Shown here piece by piece: positions 49,051 through 62,500 of a stretch of DNA of 64,000 bases (its first letter is position 1; each line of letters opens with the position of its first letter). The translations under genes were made by a program, and so were the position numbers. The notes under the pieces were generated by a model. It ran no database searches and was not told the origin of the DNA. It saw only the letters and a list, made by a program, of their open reading frames with translations. The DNA comes from Raillietiella orientalis (lineage: Eukaryota): contig JAYWIR010000085.1 of the NCBI GenBank assembly GCA_036172245.1, positions 124,001-188,000 of the forward strand, in the 5' to 3' direction.

Positions 49051-50742
49051 CATGTTCGGAAGAACATGAAATGCTTTTGACATGTGGAAATTTTCTCTTT
49101 TTGGAATGACAAGGGACCGCTTGCAATTTGCGTTTCAGACATCCCGATTGTTCCTCTTTGATGAAAAAGGAAGGAACAAAATGCTCTGCCACCCGGCAAT
49201 TGCTGGGTGGCAAAGCATTGCAATGCCCATTCACGAACCAATGCTGCATTGCCATTTTTTGATTGCTTCCGCTTTTCCTGTTTCCAGAATGACTGTGAAG
49301 TGCATTTTCCCTTCTCACTGCAGCATCGAAGAGGAGCGATGAACAGCATCAGATGAATGCAAGCGAAATACATGGAGGAAACCTTCGTGTGTTTTACTTT
49401 CATCTGCATGACGCTCTTTCGCAGCTCTGCGAGACGATGCTCAGAACGAAAAAGCGGTTTTTTTTTTTTTTCCCATTAAGATCGAGACTTTTAGTTTTGT
49501 CTGGGATATGCAAACATCCACTATGCACAAACCTCATGCGTTTCTGTAGATAAAAAACTACAACCGATCCGAGAGAAAGAAGAAAAAAAAAGGTCTCAGA
49601 TAAACTCTAAGATAATGCAAGCTTATCATTCCTCCCATGTCTATGAAATTAGTTCAGGGAAGAAACAAAAGCAAACTCATTTGATAAGAAAAACACGCGT
49701 CTGCTATTCGCAGAACTTTGATCGTTTGTAGAGACTCTTCAAAGCGGTACAAGCAATTCGTAGGAAATCCTAAGAAATAGCATTAAGTGTTGGTTCTTGT
49801 TCGCAAATGAATACATGTCTTCTTGTTAACGATCCTGATGAGCAGACATGATGTAAACAACAGTATGCTCCAAAGTACTTAAGATTTACCATGCTTGAAA
49901 TCACAATCTTGGAAGCGGAGATGTACTAAGTGTACTTGAAAGGAGCGGAAAGATCATTGGACTAATAACAAAACTATAATGAGTTTTATCAGTAAATGTG
50001 ATTGCTTGAAGTTGGACTCTCCCTTTGGTAGCAAATGCTCCCGTGTATGCTGTACGAATCTCCAAAGCACGAGTTTTAGAACATAAAAGAAGTTCTTTCG
50101 GAGGCATGTTCCCGTTTCTGTATTTTTCCCCACCAACAACTTCCTCATGAAAGGAAGATTCTGTTGATCTCCTGAGATGAAACAGACAGAATGAATACAG
50201 AACATCGTCTTTAAGTTCTAGCGAGCTCAGTCAATGCTGTTCGGAACTCCGCTTTCGTTTCAATATCGTGCGTTAGAGAGCAGCACGGCAAATTGGGAAT
50301 TGAATCGCGAGATAGCTAGGTGGCCGAAGAATTGTGTTAACGCTGACTGCCAAGTTCGAGTTAGGAAATACAATCCGGACTCACCTACGATGACGGCAGC
50401 AGCCCACGGGTGAGCTACAGACCAGCAAGCAGCCAGTGAGCACAAGAGCTCGGTTATGTGGGCATATGGGCCGATGACCGCATCAGCCCGGAGTTTTAGT
50501 AAATTCACGACTCAGACTCGAAAGCCGAAGTGCTTCCTAGATTCAGTACTTGGGACAGCAGGTAGGTCACCGGATCACCTGTTAAACGTCGTCACTTCAA
50601 CTGCAAAGTGCCTTTGCATCCGTTCGTGCCTAGCAATCCGCTCTCCCATGCGAGCGTCGATGCATGGGAGAAAATCAAACGAGCTTCAAGCACGAGGCTT
50701 ATAATATTCACATGACAACCAACCAGCAGTGCCACGGTCTTA

Positions 50743-50845
50743 AACAATGCTGTTCGCAACCAGCATTGTTCGTGAACAATGCCGCCTCTGAACAATGCTA
50801 CTCCCTACCAACACGGATGGTAAACAATGACGTTCTTAAACAATG
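50743..50845. repeat. Cluster of six AACAATG motifs
   Basis: AACAATG occurs at 50743, 50775, 50791, 50823 and 50839 (+) and at 50764-50770 (-). Confidence 0.8.
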
Positions 50846-53800
50846 CTGCCTTTGAGCAGAGTGTCCGGAAATTTTAGTATCCGTTAACCTGAGATGCTTC
50901 TCGGGTTTGCTGCAGGAGCTTTCCGAGCTTCTGATGAGAATTTTAGGGAGACGGTGAGCATAGAAAGCTGAATGCAGAAGGACAGACTTAGAACGAGCGG
51001 ACTCAATGTTCCCATTTTGCCTTTATGAGAAGCACCGCTAGGGAAAGCACGAACCGAATCTCAGGGATATAAGCTGCATTATTCCCTGTGAAAAATCAGA
51101 TCGCATTCAGATCGCGTACTGAGCTTCTCACCAGCTCCCAATGTGATTATGGCAATATACATGGGTCTACGTTATCTACGTGTATAGATGGTACTTTTGC
51201 ATACATACACGAATTGTTGCTGCAATGTATATGCTCACAATCCGAAGTCCGCGGTTAGCCGGCACGGAGAGACGAAGTTGGAAAGTCGGCGAGAGTCGAT
51301 GGCATAGGAAGCTGCACTCTACCCCAAAACGCGAGAGAAAAGCGGAATGGCGACCTCTGCCCGTGCCGGGGGCTGCTGCTAGATCGCGGTAGCAATCATC
51401 CGGCTCCCGGATCGGGATGCTTCCTTTGCCTGCGCGGGAGTAAGGGTTCCCCTTCTGGGCAGTACAGGAAGGGCTTCCACGGCAACCTGTTCTGTGTGGT
51501 GTGTGCGGTCCGACGCGTCAACATGTGGTACCCACGTCCCGCATCCGATCTGTGGAGCGCCATCGTCTTCTGACGCTGTGCATCCATCGTGACCGGTGAA
51601 GGCGGATCACGGACCTCGGGCAAACGGTGGGTTTCTTTTCTTTGACCTTGGGATGCAGACGAAAAAGACTGAAATCCGAACCGCTGAGATTCTCTTTAAA
51701 TGGAAGGAGGAATCGCTTTCCAGCAGCATTGCGCCTTCATCTCTGTTAGTATGGCTGAGACGGAGGGCAGCCTCTTCGAACACCCAGTGACCCTGGGCAC
51801 TGTTTCGCTCTCCCAGGTAGATGAAGAATTCTCCCCATCCCTTGGAAATGAGCATTTCGAGGTCAGCTCGATCGCAAGAAAACGGGGCACTCGTTACGCT
51901 GCTTCCCTCCCTCTTTTCCATGCCCTCGGCACGGGCAGGGAATGGACTTCGAGGGAAACCGTTGGAACGGTGAAGGAAAAAAACACCCGTTGGAAAATGT
52001 AAGCCGGCGGAGTCAGTGGCTTCCGCAGTTATGGGAGACATCTGAGCAGAGGATCCCTTTCCTCCTCCTAGGCATCGCTCCAGGACATCATATGACCAGG
52101 CGCCCATCTTGTTTTCCGCCTCGTTTCCCGTCAGCCAATCGTAGGATCTCTCTAGTTGTGGGAACAGCCTGATACATCCTTCCAAGTCGGCTTTTTTTCA
52201 TCAGTAGTGGTTCCATAGGGTCCATTAGGGGTCGTTCGACATTTCGACTAGGTCGCGTCTTTTTCCATCTTCGCTTCGGAAACTGCCACTGAGGCTTTAC
52301 GCTGTCGAAGAGACCCTCAGTGGTTGTGGGCGACCTTTTCCTCCGCAAGGCGGGAAACCATCACAGGATGATTCGTGCGGAGAGCGTTTGACCCCGAGAC
52401 GCCTACTCCTTTCCCCCTGCCGAGTGCTCTCGCCTGCTCTGGGAAGGAAGAGGCTGGGGAGGACTCGGGAGCGGCGGCGGCAGCAGCCCTGCGTGCGCCA
52501 TCCCGGAAGACGTCGGCTCCGATTACTGCAGCGCTCCTTCGAGGTCTGCCCGTCCGACTTTCGCTCGGCTGCGACGTTTCCTTGGAAAAAAAGAAAGGAA
52601 AACAACGAAAAAAAAAAAGAAAGAAAGAAAAGAAAAGCAGAAAAATCGATAGCAAAGGAGCAGCTGGGGAGTTTTCGGGGGAAAAGGGGAGGAGCCCAAA
52701 GAGGAAAGGGGAAGAAATGGAAGGAGATGGGAGGGTTGGAAGAAAGGTGGAGGCCGAAATCGGAAGGGATGGTATGCGGAGAGTCTTCTGGAAAGGGATC
52801 GTGCATATGCGTTGGGAACGAGGACTCCGCAAAGGGATAGCGCTGGATGCAGCTCGCTCAAGGTGTAGATGTGAGTGGTTGCGGGGAGAAGCCTCCCCTC
52901 TTCCGCCTCCCTCTTTCCCCTCCAAGGGGGAAGGCTTTTCGAACGCTTAACGCCACCATCCTGATTCTCCCCGATCGGCTATCTAGAGGAAGAAGGTCGG
53001 CCAGGAAGGCAGGAGCCCTGGGTGTGTATGCGATGTCGAGGCAAGAGACTCTCCCTTCCCGAAACGCAGGCTTCAGGTTTGAAGACCGCGAGTCCGACCA
53101 CCCCTCTCAGAGGTCGCTCCTGTCTCCCGGGATCCACTTCTTAGCCTCCTCCCCTTCCGATCTTCAGGAGGAAGAAGAAGGCGAGATCATCCAGTGCTTC
53201 TCAGCCGCGAAGTTGCAGGAACGCGCTTGGTACACGTCTTTCCTCCCTGGTAGGCGTTGGTTCCCTGCTAGGGAACCAACGTTCGGAAGAGAGAAGGAGG
53301 AAGGTACGTGCGGGATCTTCGGGACGGACAGGAAACGCCGCCGCCGTTGCTATGGCTCCGGCAAGACGAAGGGTGAGAGGAAGGACAGGGAAAAAGGGTG
53401 GAAACCCGATGACGAGGACCATGGATGAGAGAACAAGGAGGAGGAGGAGGAAGGGAGAAGGAGAAACAGGGAGGAGGAAGACGTCGGGAGCGTCTCCGAT
53501 GGAGGGAGTGCGCGCAACCGTGAGTGAGGAAGAAGAGCAGTCCTTTTCAAGGCCCAGAATCCACCACTGTGCTGCTTCCTCCGAGAAGTGCCTCTCGCTT
53601 CTGTCTCCCTGATCGGACCTGTCGCTCCACTCTACGCTTTGCCCACAGGCTTTCCGGATCTCCCCGCCCCGGCCGCGTCGGTTGGCCCCGTCTCATGGAG
53701 CTGTTTCTTTTCCAGAACCGCCGTCCTCCCTCTCCCTAGAATCTTTCCCGTGAGGGTTCCCGGGCACTGTGGATGGCGCGAGCGCTTCTGAGCTCGTCGG

Positions 53801-54190
53801 CCGCCCCCGCCGCCGCCGCCGGACGCAAGAAGTGATCGGCGCTACGGTGGTGCGCGGGAAGTGATTCGTCAGACCGGGACCCCTTCGCAGGCCGCCCCTC
53901 ATCCTCCTTGCTCGTCCGTCCACTTCGTTCCCTCCAGGCACAGCTCCCCCCTGCCTCCTTTCCCCTCTCCCCTCCCGTCCGCCGCCACCTCCCGCTGCAA
54001 CATCACCCTTAGTCCTCCCACCTCGCCCGTCATACGGGGGAGAGACGATGCTCGCGTTCCCGTTCCCTGGGCCAAGCGGAGGCTGCTGACTGGTTGCGGC
54101 ACCGCCACCACCGTCCACCCATCCGCCCTTTCCCCGTTCCCGCTGCGGCAGCCGCGGTGCCCCTCCCTGTCCCTCCTCCTCCGGCAGGCG

Positions 54191-54384
54191 ATGAGCTTTT
54201 ACGGCATAAAGAGGTGGTCCTTCGCGAGGCACTCCTCGCACGATGCCGCCAGCAGCTCCAGCAGGAAGACGGACCTCCTCAGGAGGGGATATGACATCCG
54301 CAGCAAGAGCTTTGAGTCCGGCAGGAAGTCCTTCTCGCACCCTTTCTCGCAGCACATGAAAGACCCCTTGTTGACGTACAGGCG
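54191..54384 (+). CDS. Orphan ATG-containing exon of an unidentified gene (MSFYGIKRWSFARHSSHD…RSKSFESGRKSFSHPFSQHMKDPLLTYR)
   Basis: A pyrimidine tract plus cag acceptor lies at 54185-54187, with ATG 3 nt inside. Third positions are strongly G/C-biased, like the pot exons. The donor cg|gtaggt at 54385 is phase 2. Confidence 0.55.
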
Positions 54385-55062
54385 GTAGGTCTTCGCGATG
54401 CTGGCGCGCGCACCTTCCCCTCGCCCATTCACTTTTTCTCCCCTCCTCGGATGTCACTGAAGCCAGGGCTGTTGAAAAGCGAGGGGGTTGAGGGATGGTG
54501 GAGATGAAGGGCAGGAGGTGGAGGCCGGACGTCCCTGAGGCGCGGTCGAAGGGCCAGCGGGAGGGCACAGAACGACGATTTCTGCTGGGTGCTGGAGCGA
54601 GGGAAAAAGAGCGGGCACCACCCAGTTTTGGACTCCCTGCTTCCCCCTGTGCGTCCGCTTCGGGAACAGTCGGAACTGCGGAGGGAGAGAGGGGACGGCA
54701 GGGAAGAGGGAAAGAAGGAGGGAGGGAGGGAGGAGGAGGGGAAAGTCCCCTTTCGCTGCTTCTGCTCCACTTCAGCCTCCCTCCGGTGAAGTCTCCCACT
54801 TGTCCCGAGGGTCCAAGAAGGCTCAGGAGATCTCGGGAAACCGGGGGCTGCGGGAGCAGACGCAAGCCCCAAGGCGGCCTCGAAAGAGCTCCGCCTGCAG
54901 CGTTCCCGTTCCTCCGCCGGCGGCATCAGGCTGAGATCCTCGTGAATCTCCACACGAGCCGCACGACCGAGGGAGAAAACCGAGGGCAAAGACTTGGTGG
55001 CCGACCCGGACATCGCGGGCCGGCCACCAGGGCGTGCAGCCAACGAAACGTCCCTCCCACAG

Positions 55063-55274
55063 GTTCCCTCTCCGGGCAGCAGGGAGTTCCATGCAATACT
55101 CGCGACCGAACGTGCCATCCCTGCGCAGGAAGAAATCGCAGTTGCACGGTTGAGATGCATCCAGACCTCTTGGGGAAGCAGCCGCGGCCGCCGCCACCAC
55201 GCGCACTGCAACGACAACAGCAACAGTAGCAAAAACCTCGGGGTTGAGCTGTTCTTCGACAAAATCGCCACGAG
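55063..55274 (+). other. Orphan candidate coding exon (…RRHHAHCNDNSNSSKNLGVELFFDKIAT); 5' boundary uncertain
   Basis: The 3' half is GC3-rich and ends at ag|gtcagt (55275, phase 2). Possible acceptors end at 55062, 55079 or 55128. Confidence 0.35.
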
Positions 55275-55511
55275 GTCAGTCCCGCGGACCTTCCGCCGCC
55301 ACCACCGCCCCGTCGTCACCTGCGGTTCCATGCTTGCTGCGCTCGCGCGTGCAGTAGCGTTCGATGCGCCTCTGTGTGAGCACGCGGTGTTCCGCACTCG
55401 CGCGCCGCCTCCACGCGGTGTCCACGGCGACGCTGCTCCTCGGAGAACACCGCCGACCGGCCGCTACGCCCTCTTGCGACCAGAGTCAGAAACACCCCTG
55501 CCTCCGTTCCG

Positions 55512-55722
55512 ACCAGCCCTTCTCGTGCGTCCCGACTTCCGGAAAGGCTTCAGACGCTGAAGTCGTTCTCTGAAAGTGTCTCGCAGAATGCTGGGCAGCA
55601 CCCATCGGAACGGAGGTGCCAAATAACCCCCGCTTCCCCACGAGAAACTCGGAAGGGAATCTCCAATCTGGGTAGCGGAGAGCAGAAGCCGATAATCCCT
55701 GTGGTGATCACGCAGGCGGAAG
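55512..55722 (+). repeat. Dispersed ~215-bp repeat, copy 2
   Basis: It is a direct-orientation match to 44211-44428. Confidence 0.85.
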
Positions 55723-56599
55723 CAGAGGGAGGGCTCTTCGCTTACAGAAGAGACTGGTGGAACCATGCTGCTCTGATGACGGAGGATGGGGCAGAGGAGT
55801 GGATCTCATATGAGTACAGCAGTGCTGAAAAGGAGTAGAGAGAAGTTGAATTGAGGGAGTGGGTCAATATGGCATGAGCGATTGATCAAAAGGAGACGCG
55901 GACAGAAAGATTTTTGGAAGGACGAATTTAGCCGCTGCGAGTTCACACCCACTCTGTCATGCTTGTGCTCGTCGGAAGGAAGCCTGGGGACGGGTACTTT
56001 CGTTTCCTGGTTCTCTCCCCAGAGAAGCCCATTTTTACATTATGGATAGAATGCAGAGTTGAGTGGGAAACGCTAGCCATATGTGATGCAGGATAGGGAG
56101 GGAATTGCTAGTGGAGAACGGGGTCAAGGTCTTGTGTGGGCGGAGGACGCCGATGGCTAGTGGTTTTGATACTTCAACTCCCGTCCTTTTTTTCTGCCCG
56201 GAGGAATTGGCATCCCTGCCCCGAACGCAGTGCAAGCTGTGGCAGCTGTGACATTACGTTTATGCGAGACTGCGATTCATCCAATCAATAAATACTTACC
56301 GTGGTTTGAATTATTTCTAACGTTCGTCCAGAATTCCTGCTTGTAGATGATTAGCTAGATGTAATGGATGCCGGGCAAGCTTAGCATTGGTTCATTTCTT
56401 TTTTCAAGCGCTATTCCTGGACATCTGGAGTCTTTGGCACAAAAGCCGCTGTCACGCGCTCGTATCTTCGCGTCAGAATTTCCGTCGGTGCAGTTCTAAG
56501 CAGTCGGAGTAACACACCTAATCCAACCTGCTGAATGTGCCATCCTGGGGCCTTGTTGCCCTTGTTTCGAAACCCTGGGAGCCCCTGCAGTACCTCATG

Positions 56600-59500
56600 A
56601 GCATGAGCAATGTGTGCGTGAGCAATTTTATACATGGGGATGGACTCTGAAAGATGCATGCGATGCACCCGTGGATTTTGGATACGAGGTCACGAGGTCA
56701 ACATGGATTCTTTTGGGGGAAAGGGGGGAGTTTGCAGCCTCCAGCACGTCCAAACAATTGGAAAGCCGTGTGGTTCTTCTTACCTCTTGCAAGCCTGATT
56801 CGGGTGGTACGCTTGACTCCCGTAGTCGTGATCTAAGGAGGCTTTGAAAAACCATCCCTGCAAATAGTAATTCTGGACGTCTCTTGGCTTCCCGAGACGG
56901 TCCATCTGGAGCCAAGCATCGGTTTGTTGCACAACTCGCAAGGAGATTTTGAGAAACGATCGGGCATTTTTTTTATTCAGAGAGGCACGCTGCACCGGGT
57001 TATGATGATCTTTGCGTTATGATGAAAAATCTCTTTTGCGTTCGGGAGGATTCTTCCTCCATGAACTGTCTTGCTGGTCTGCTTCAGAAGCAGCAACTGC
57101 ACTCTATGGTGGTGAGGATTTACAAGGAAAAGGAGACTGGTCGCAAGACGAGTTCTCGAAATCCAACCCACCTTCCCACGTGCGGACGATTCCTTCATTT
57201 CCATCCTCAAACGGTTCTCGTAGTTTGCAAGCGGATGGCGGCTGCGGAAACAAGGTTCCTCGAAACACTTTAAAAGGCCCCAGTGCGATTCGGGCGCACA
57301 GTTTTTCCTGCCTGGGGGTTCCCTGACTCTATGCTGTTGACCGTGCTGATGGGCGAAAGTCCTCCAAACTTCTAGCAAGGCAGCATTCGATGACTGCATG
57401 CTGGTTACAAAAAAAAAATGTTTTTTTTTTTTGAAGCCCTCAATTTTTTTCTGGAGGCCATGGTTCCAGGGATCTCACAGAATGGCAATCCGGTTCTACC
57501 CACAATTTCGGATCCCGGCCCTAACAACTGTGGGGGAAGCCTTTCGCGACTCCTCCTAACTTTCCGTGCTATCTCGAAGAATTGTTTCAAGGAGTCACCT
57601 TCCACTCGTGAAGCAGCACCACGTATTTGGCACGCGACTAACCACCACCACCACGACCTTGAGGCACCCCTGCACGTGCTTCAGCTGATCCCACAGAAGC
57701 AGAAACACCACTTAATTCAAATAGCTGGAAACAAGGGAATGGGTTTCAGTAGGCCGAACGTTGCGTCCAAACGGCAGTGCACCTTTTGACGGAAAAATCT
57801 GAGCTTTCCGGAGATCCCGGAGACCGCCGATCTGAGCACCTAGCAACCCACCATCTTCCGTCAAGAAGCTTTCACGTCGGGGGCTGATTGATTGGGCCGG
57901 CGGAGAATGTGTGGACCTGAAGACGGGAAGAGAGGGCGAAATATGGAGGTCACCTGCATGTGACAAAACGGCATCCGTGATCCAAGGAAGCTAAGGGATG
58001 CTGCAGTTCTTCCAAGGAAGCAAAGAAAGCTGTCGAAACAGGCAGGCGTCAAAACTGCTACCCGAGGAGCAAAAACGCCTTTCCCTTTCGAGATCCTGGA
58101 AAAACGACAATCGTGTCGCTGAGGAAACACGAATGCTGACATGCGATCTTCGCACCTCCCTCTAAAGATGAGTTTTCTTGAACACAAAGAGAGAACAAAG
58201 CTCACTGGTCTTTAAAGGATGTCTGGATAGCGGCAATCAGAAAGGATCGTTAAAAGGATATCAAGGAAAATGGGATGAGGGGCTCTCCTGTCTCTAATTT
58301 TCTCGGCAGGGGGAACCTCGAAAGAACAGGTTAGCTGGCGTACAGATGCTCTCTCTCTCGAGCGGTCTTCCGCACCGTCATGCACGCTCCTGGATGTTTC
58401 TTCGTACGTCCGGATGAGACTCCGTGGGAGCGACTTTTCCCATTTCCTCGTGTTCTGAGAATCGGTGGGGATGTTGGTCTCTTCGGGGCTCGCTCTAAAT
58501 GCGCCCCTGGTGGCACTCCGGTTCTTGTATCTGCAGGGGGAGCACGCTCTCCAAAGCGCAAGGCCCAATCAATGGCAAGCGGGCATCGATAAATTGGCAC
58601 GTTGAATTGTTGATGAAGCTGCAGGATCGAGGAGCCACTTAGGCCAGATGAGCGGCAGCATCTTCATCGCGCATATGAATGCCCGTGATGTGTCCATGAC
58701 GGAGAAGGTCATACGACCAAGATGCGGATTACTCCGGAAACCGCGAAGAAGCGAAGGAAAAAGTTCCCGTGCATCTAATTCGGGTGGGGGACTGCTCCCC
58801 CTGCCTTCACCCCCAGCGTGCTGGCTGGAAGAATGGGGATGCTGGGCAGCTGCAGCGAGCGCTACCCTTGCTGTGTTTTCCAGTCTCCGTCCTTTTGACC
58901 TTAGGAGAGACGACACGCCTGAAATCCTCTTGGTAAAACGGCAGCTAATGAGGAAGACAGGAACAAAAATAAGGCCCGTTCCCCGAATCGAGGAAGCCGG
59001 AAGCTCATGTCTGAAGGAGCGCCGCCTTCATCGCGCCCGAAATGCCCGCTTGGTTCGCATTAGCTTCCCGGACGCATTTTCACATTTCCCTCACTGTCGG
59101 GATTTCGATCGGGAAATCAGTAGAGGGGGGTGGCCTCTTGGAACGGAAGCAGAGAGAAAATTAAATTAAGAGAAAATGGGAGTGATAGGTCGTTACTAGA
59201 GGGACGAGAGTGGGAAACGGCACTTCGGTGCTTCTGAAGGAGGAACAATATCTGTCACTGTCCTTCGGGATGGCTCAGAAGGGTGAAGAGGCTTGGATGT
59301 TCCATGGATCGCTCAGAGGAAAAAAAAAAATCCGTTTTTGGGGCTTGGGACCACCGATGCTGGTCTTCCCGAAAAAATTGGTTTCTGCTTTCCCTGGTCC
59401 TTGTTTAGGGAGAACGCTTTTTAATTTTTCCAATTTTTTCGCTCCTATTCCCCCCCCCCCCCGCTTCCTTTCAAAATCCCAGCGATCTCGAACTCCTGCT

Positions 59501-62500
59501 CGAAGGTTTCCTCAGCGAAGTGTATCAGCTAATAAGATTTACTAACTGGTACACTATCTGACATAGCAACCGCCTAGAAGACAGCCGACAGTGGAGCTTA
59601 GAGACGCGTTCATTTCCCGCGTGGACGAAGGACAGAACCTCTAGTGTCTGACACCTCGCGAGACTTGCTTCTCAACGCTTGGTCCCATGCATCCCTTTCA
59701 TTTTCTGTACTTGAGGACAGGAAGGAGGAGGGGAACGAACGGTCCTAGATCCCACTGGTTGCTTCTTGCAAAGCTGAAAATCCCGTCGCTTTTCCAGGAG
59801 TTCTTATTCATCTCCAGACAAGGGAACTGATGAATTCCTGGATTTTTTTTCCTCATCGATTTCGGTCACGTTTCGCGTGCCGGGCACCACATGGCCGTGT
59901 CCTACGAGAGCGTCTAGTCTTGAGGAGATCCGATTGCAATCCTGAAACTTTCGCCGGCCTCCCTCCCCCCCTCTCGTTACGCTCTCGTTGCTTGACAGGA
60001 GCATGGGGCGACGTGAGAGCAGACCAGATTCGTGCCCCATCCTCGAAAGGGACTCCTCAAGATGAGACAGCGATGAAACAACATCTGATGGGAATCCTCT
60101 GCTACCCAGCTTAGGATCGTTCACTCTCTTTTCCTTCTCGCTTTTCCCAAACCCCACTGGTATTTCCCAATTTTCGGATTCCGGATTTCCAGTTTTTTGA
60201 ATTGCCGCATTCCTGAGGGATGCACTTCGAGCTCTCGCTTAGTAATGACCGCCCAGGTAATTGGAGCCTGCATCCGGAGCCTGGATTAGCGATGGGGGGG
60301 TCAGTGTTCGGCGCCTCGGCAACTCGTGAGCAGGACACGTCATCCAGAACTTCGGACCGGATCCAGCCTACAGGAGAAAGGGCTATGAAGGAGAACAGGA
60401 AGTGGATCAAACAACAAACGAGAGAGCATTGAAGCCTATATTGAAAGAACCGATTTCGATACGTTCTGATTAGTTGTCTGACGTTGGGAAACCCCTGGGG
60501 TAGAAGACAGAAGGACTGATGCAGAATCAAAGAGCTCTTCAGGAGGTAAGAACAATAGACTACCACATGGGAGGCACTGTCTTCCAAGAGTTTCGGAGAC
60601 TCCTCTTCTGAACAGGAATCTAGAACGACCTGAGTAGTCTCAAGTGATAAGTCCAAGCTTCTCCAGCCATCTGCCGTTCGAGGGACAACAGTACAGCTCT
60701 CTTGAGAGTCGGTTTCGTCTTCTGCTTTTACATGAAAACGATCGAATTCCAGGGATCGTCTCAGATGCACCTGCCTTTCAGTGAGAGAGGCTGCAGTGGT
60801 TTCGTTGGGGAATTCCGCGGACTCTGTTCAGATGAGATCTTGGGGATCGACTAAACGCATTTCTCTTCGGTACCCCGGGCATACTGGCATAGGCCTCATG
60901 TGTCGAAAAATCCACAGACTGATGTTCGTGCAAGGTCGTGACGTCACGAAGAACAGCACCATGATATCCCTTCTTCACTTATTCAGGGATGGCAAGGTGA
61001 CAAGATGAACTTAGATGCCCTTGGTCTACTCTTCATGCAGTGTTCATCCGAACTCTGCTAAGAAATTAATGAAAACAGAGCAGACTATATTTAAGAGTGA
61101 TGGTCCATAGCTGCTAATGCATCTGTTCTTCTGTAAGCCTCTTTGAGTTCCTATATCCATTCAAGCATGTAAACGATCATAGGATCAAAAGCAGGAAAGA
61201 TGTTCTTTCTAGACGCTGTGCCTCCACGTGACTCCTCCTTCTTCTCCCTGTCTGCTTTCGGTCCAATCAACTAGAAATTCCAAGTACCAAAAATAATAAC
61301 GAAACAAAAGTGGATGAAGGAAGGGCATCTTCGCCTCAATCTGGATTTTTATAAGCAGACGGTCACTGAAAATGGTTTAACTTGGTCAACCTCCTTTGGC
61401 AGGAGAACTAAGAATTCCAGTGGACAAGATAAGGATGGAAGTGCAGACACAAATGCCCTAGGAAAGACCGTTCCATCCTACGCAGGAATATGCATTCAGC
61501 GTGACACGAATGCTCTTCCCGATTCTTAGTGCTTTCTGAACAAAGTTGCAAAATCAGGGTTCTCAAAACTGGGATGCTATCAGGATGTGCAAGACGATAA
61601 AGACTGTTTCCTGGAGCATGAGGAAGGATGGAGAAGTGTGTCTGAGATAGATCGTTCGGGTGTTTGTCATTCTCCTGCTATGCATGTCTTGGGTTAGATT
61701 CGATACGACAGCGGTTCTCCTCATTGGACCTTACAGCCTGAAGAATTTCCGAAATGTGGGAAAGAGTGGTACCAGCTGAAACTCAATCAAAGCAGCTTTG
61801 TTTCTTACCCATAGCACTTCCTATTATCTTCGAGAATATCATTTGTGAGGCAACTGAAGATCTTTTGGTTTTCCATTGTCATCTTCCCTCGTGCTCAGCT
61901 GTCATCTGGCACTCTGGGAAGCGATGGAATGCTGTGGGAAGGAAGAAACTCACCTACGGTCTGCCGCCCTCGCAGAGCATCTGCGATGATTAACTGCTCA
62001 AGAATTGTTTTCCATGTTTCCGTGGTTTTCCACGCTTTTTTCTCCTCTATGGAATCGCGCCTCCCTTCGAGAAAAGCAGAAGACGAAATAGCGGTACCAG
62101 GGCCACTCTCTCTGAGGGAAAGGGCCTATAAGGATTATGAAGAATGCGCTACTGGGACCGTCTCCACTTAGCAGTTGGTTTTTGTATGTGTTCTTCATGC
62201 TTTTCAAGAGCCATCGTCACAGAACTCTTCCACTGTATGTCGCGCAAGATTCCCCGCGGAGAAATCCAAAAGCATCCTGGATTAGACCAGAGCGATTCCT
62301 GTCCTTTGAAGCAGAAGCTTCGGAGACCTTTTCTGGCATAACAAGACTTTTTCCTGCACTGCAGACATTTCGAAGATGAAATCTGCTTTCCTTTTCCGCA
62401 TGCCCACCTATGAACCGCGAAGCAAGCCAGCTTCTTTTCTTGGAAAGATTCTACAGCAGGAGGAACTGTTTTATCATTCGATGGATTCTCATCCGGTGGA

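Noticed and set aside
52580..52760. Long purine-rich tract (also 3830-3950; pyrimidine-rich 10350-10530)
   Set aside because: This is low-complexity sequence. The Lys/Glu/Arg-rich ORFs over it are compositional artefacts.
54199..54432. Minus-strand Cys-containing ORF (…CCEKGCEKDF…)
   Set aside because: It is the antisense shadow of the plus-strand exon, which has the splice signals and codon bias.
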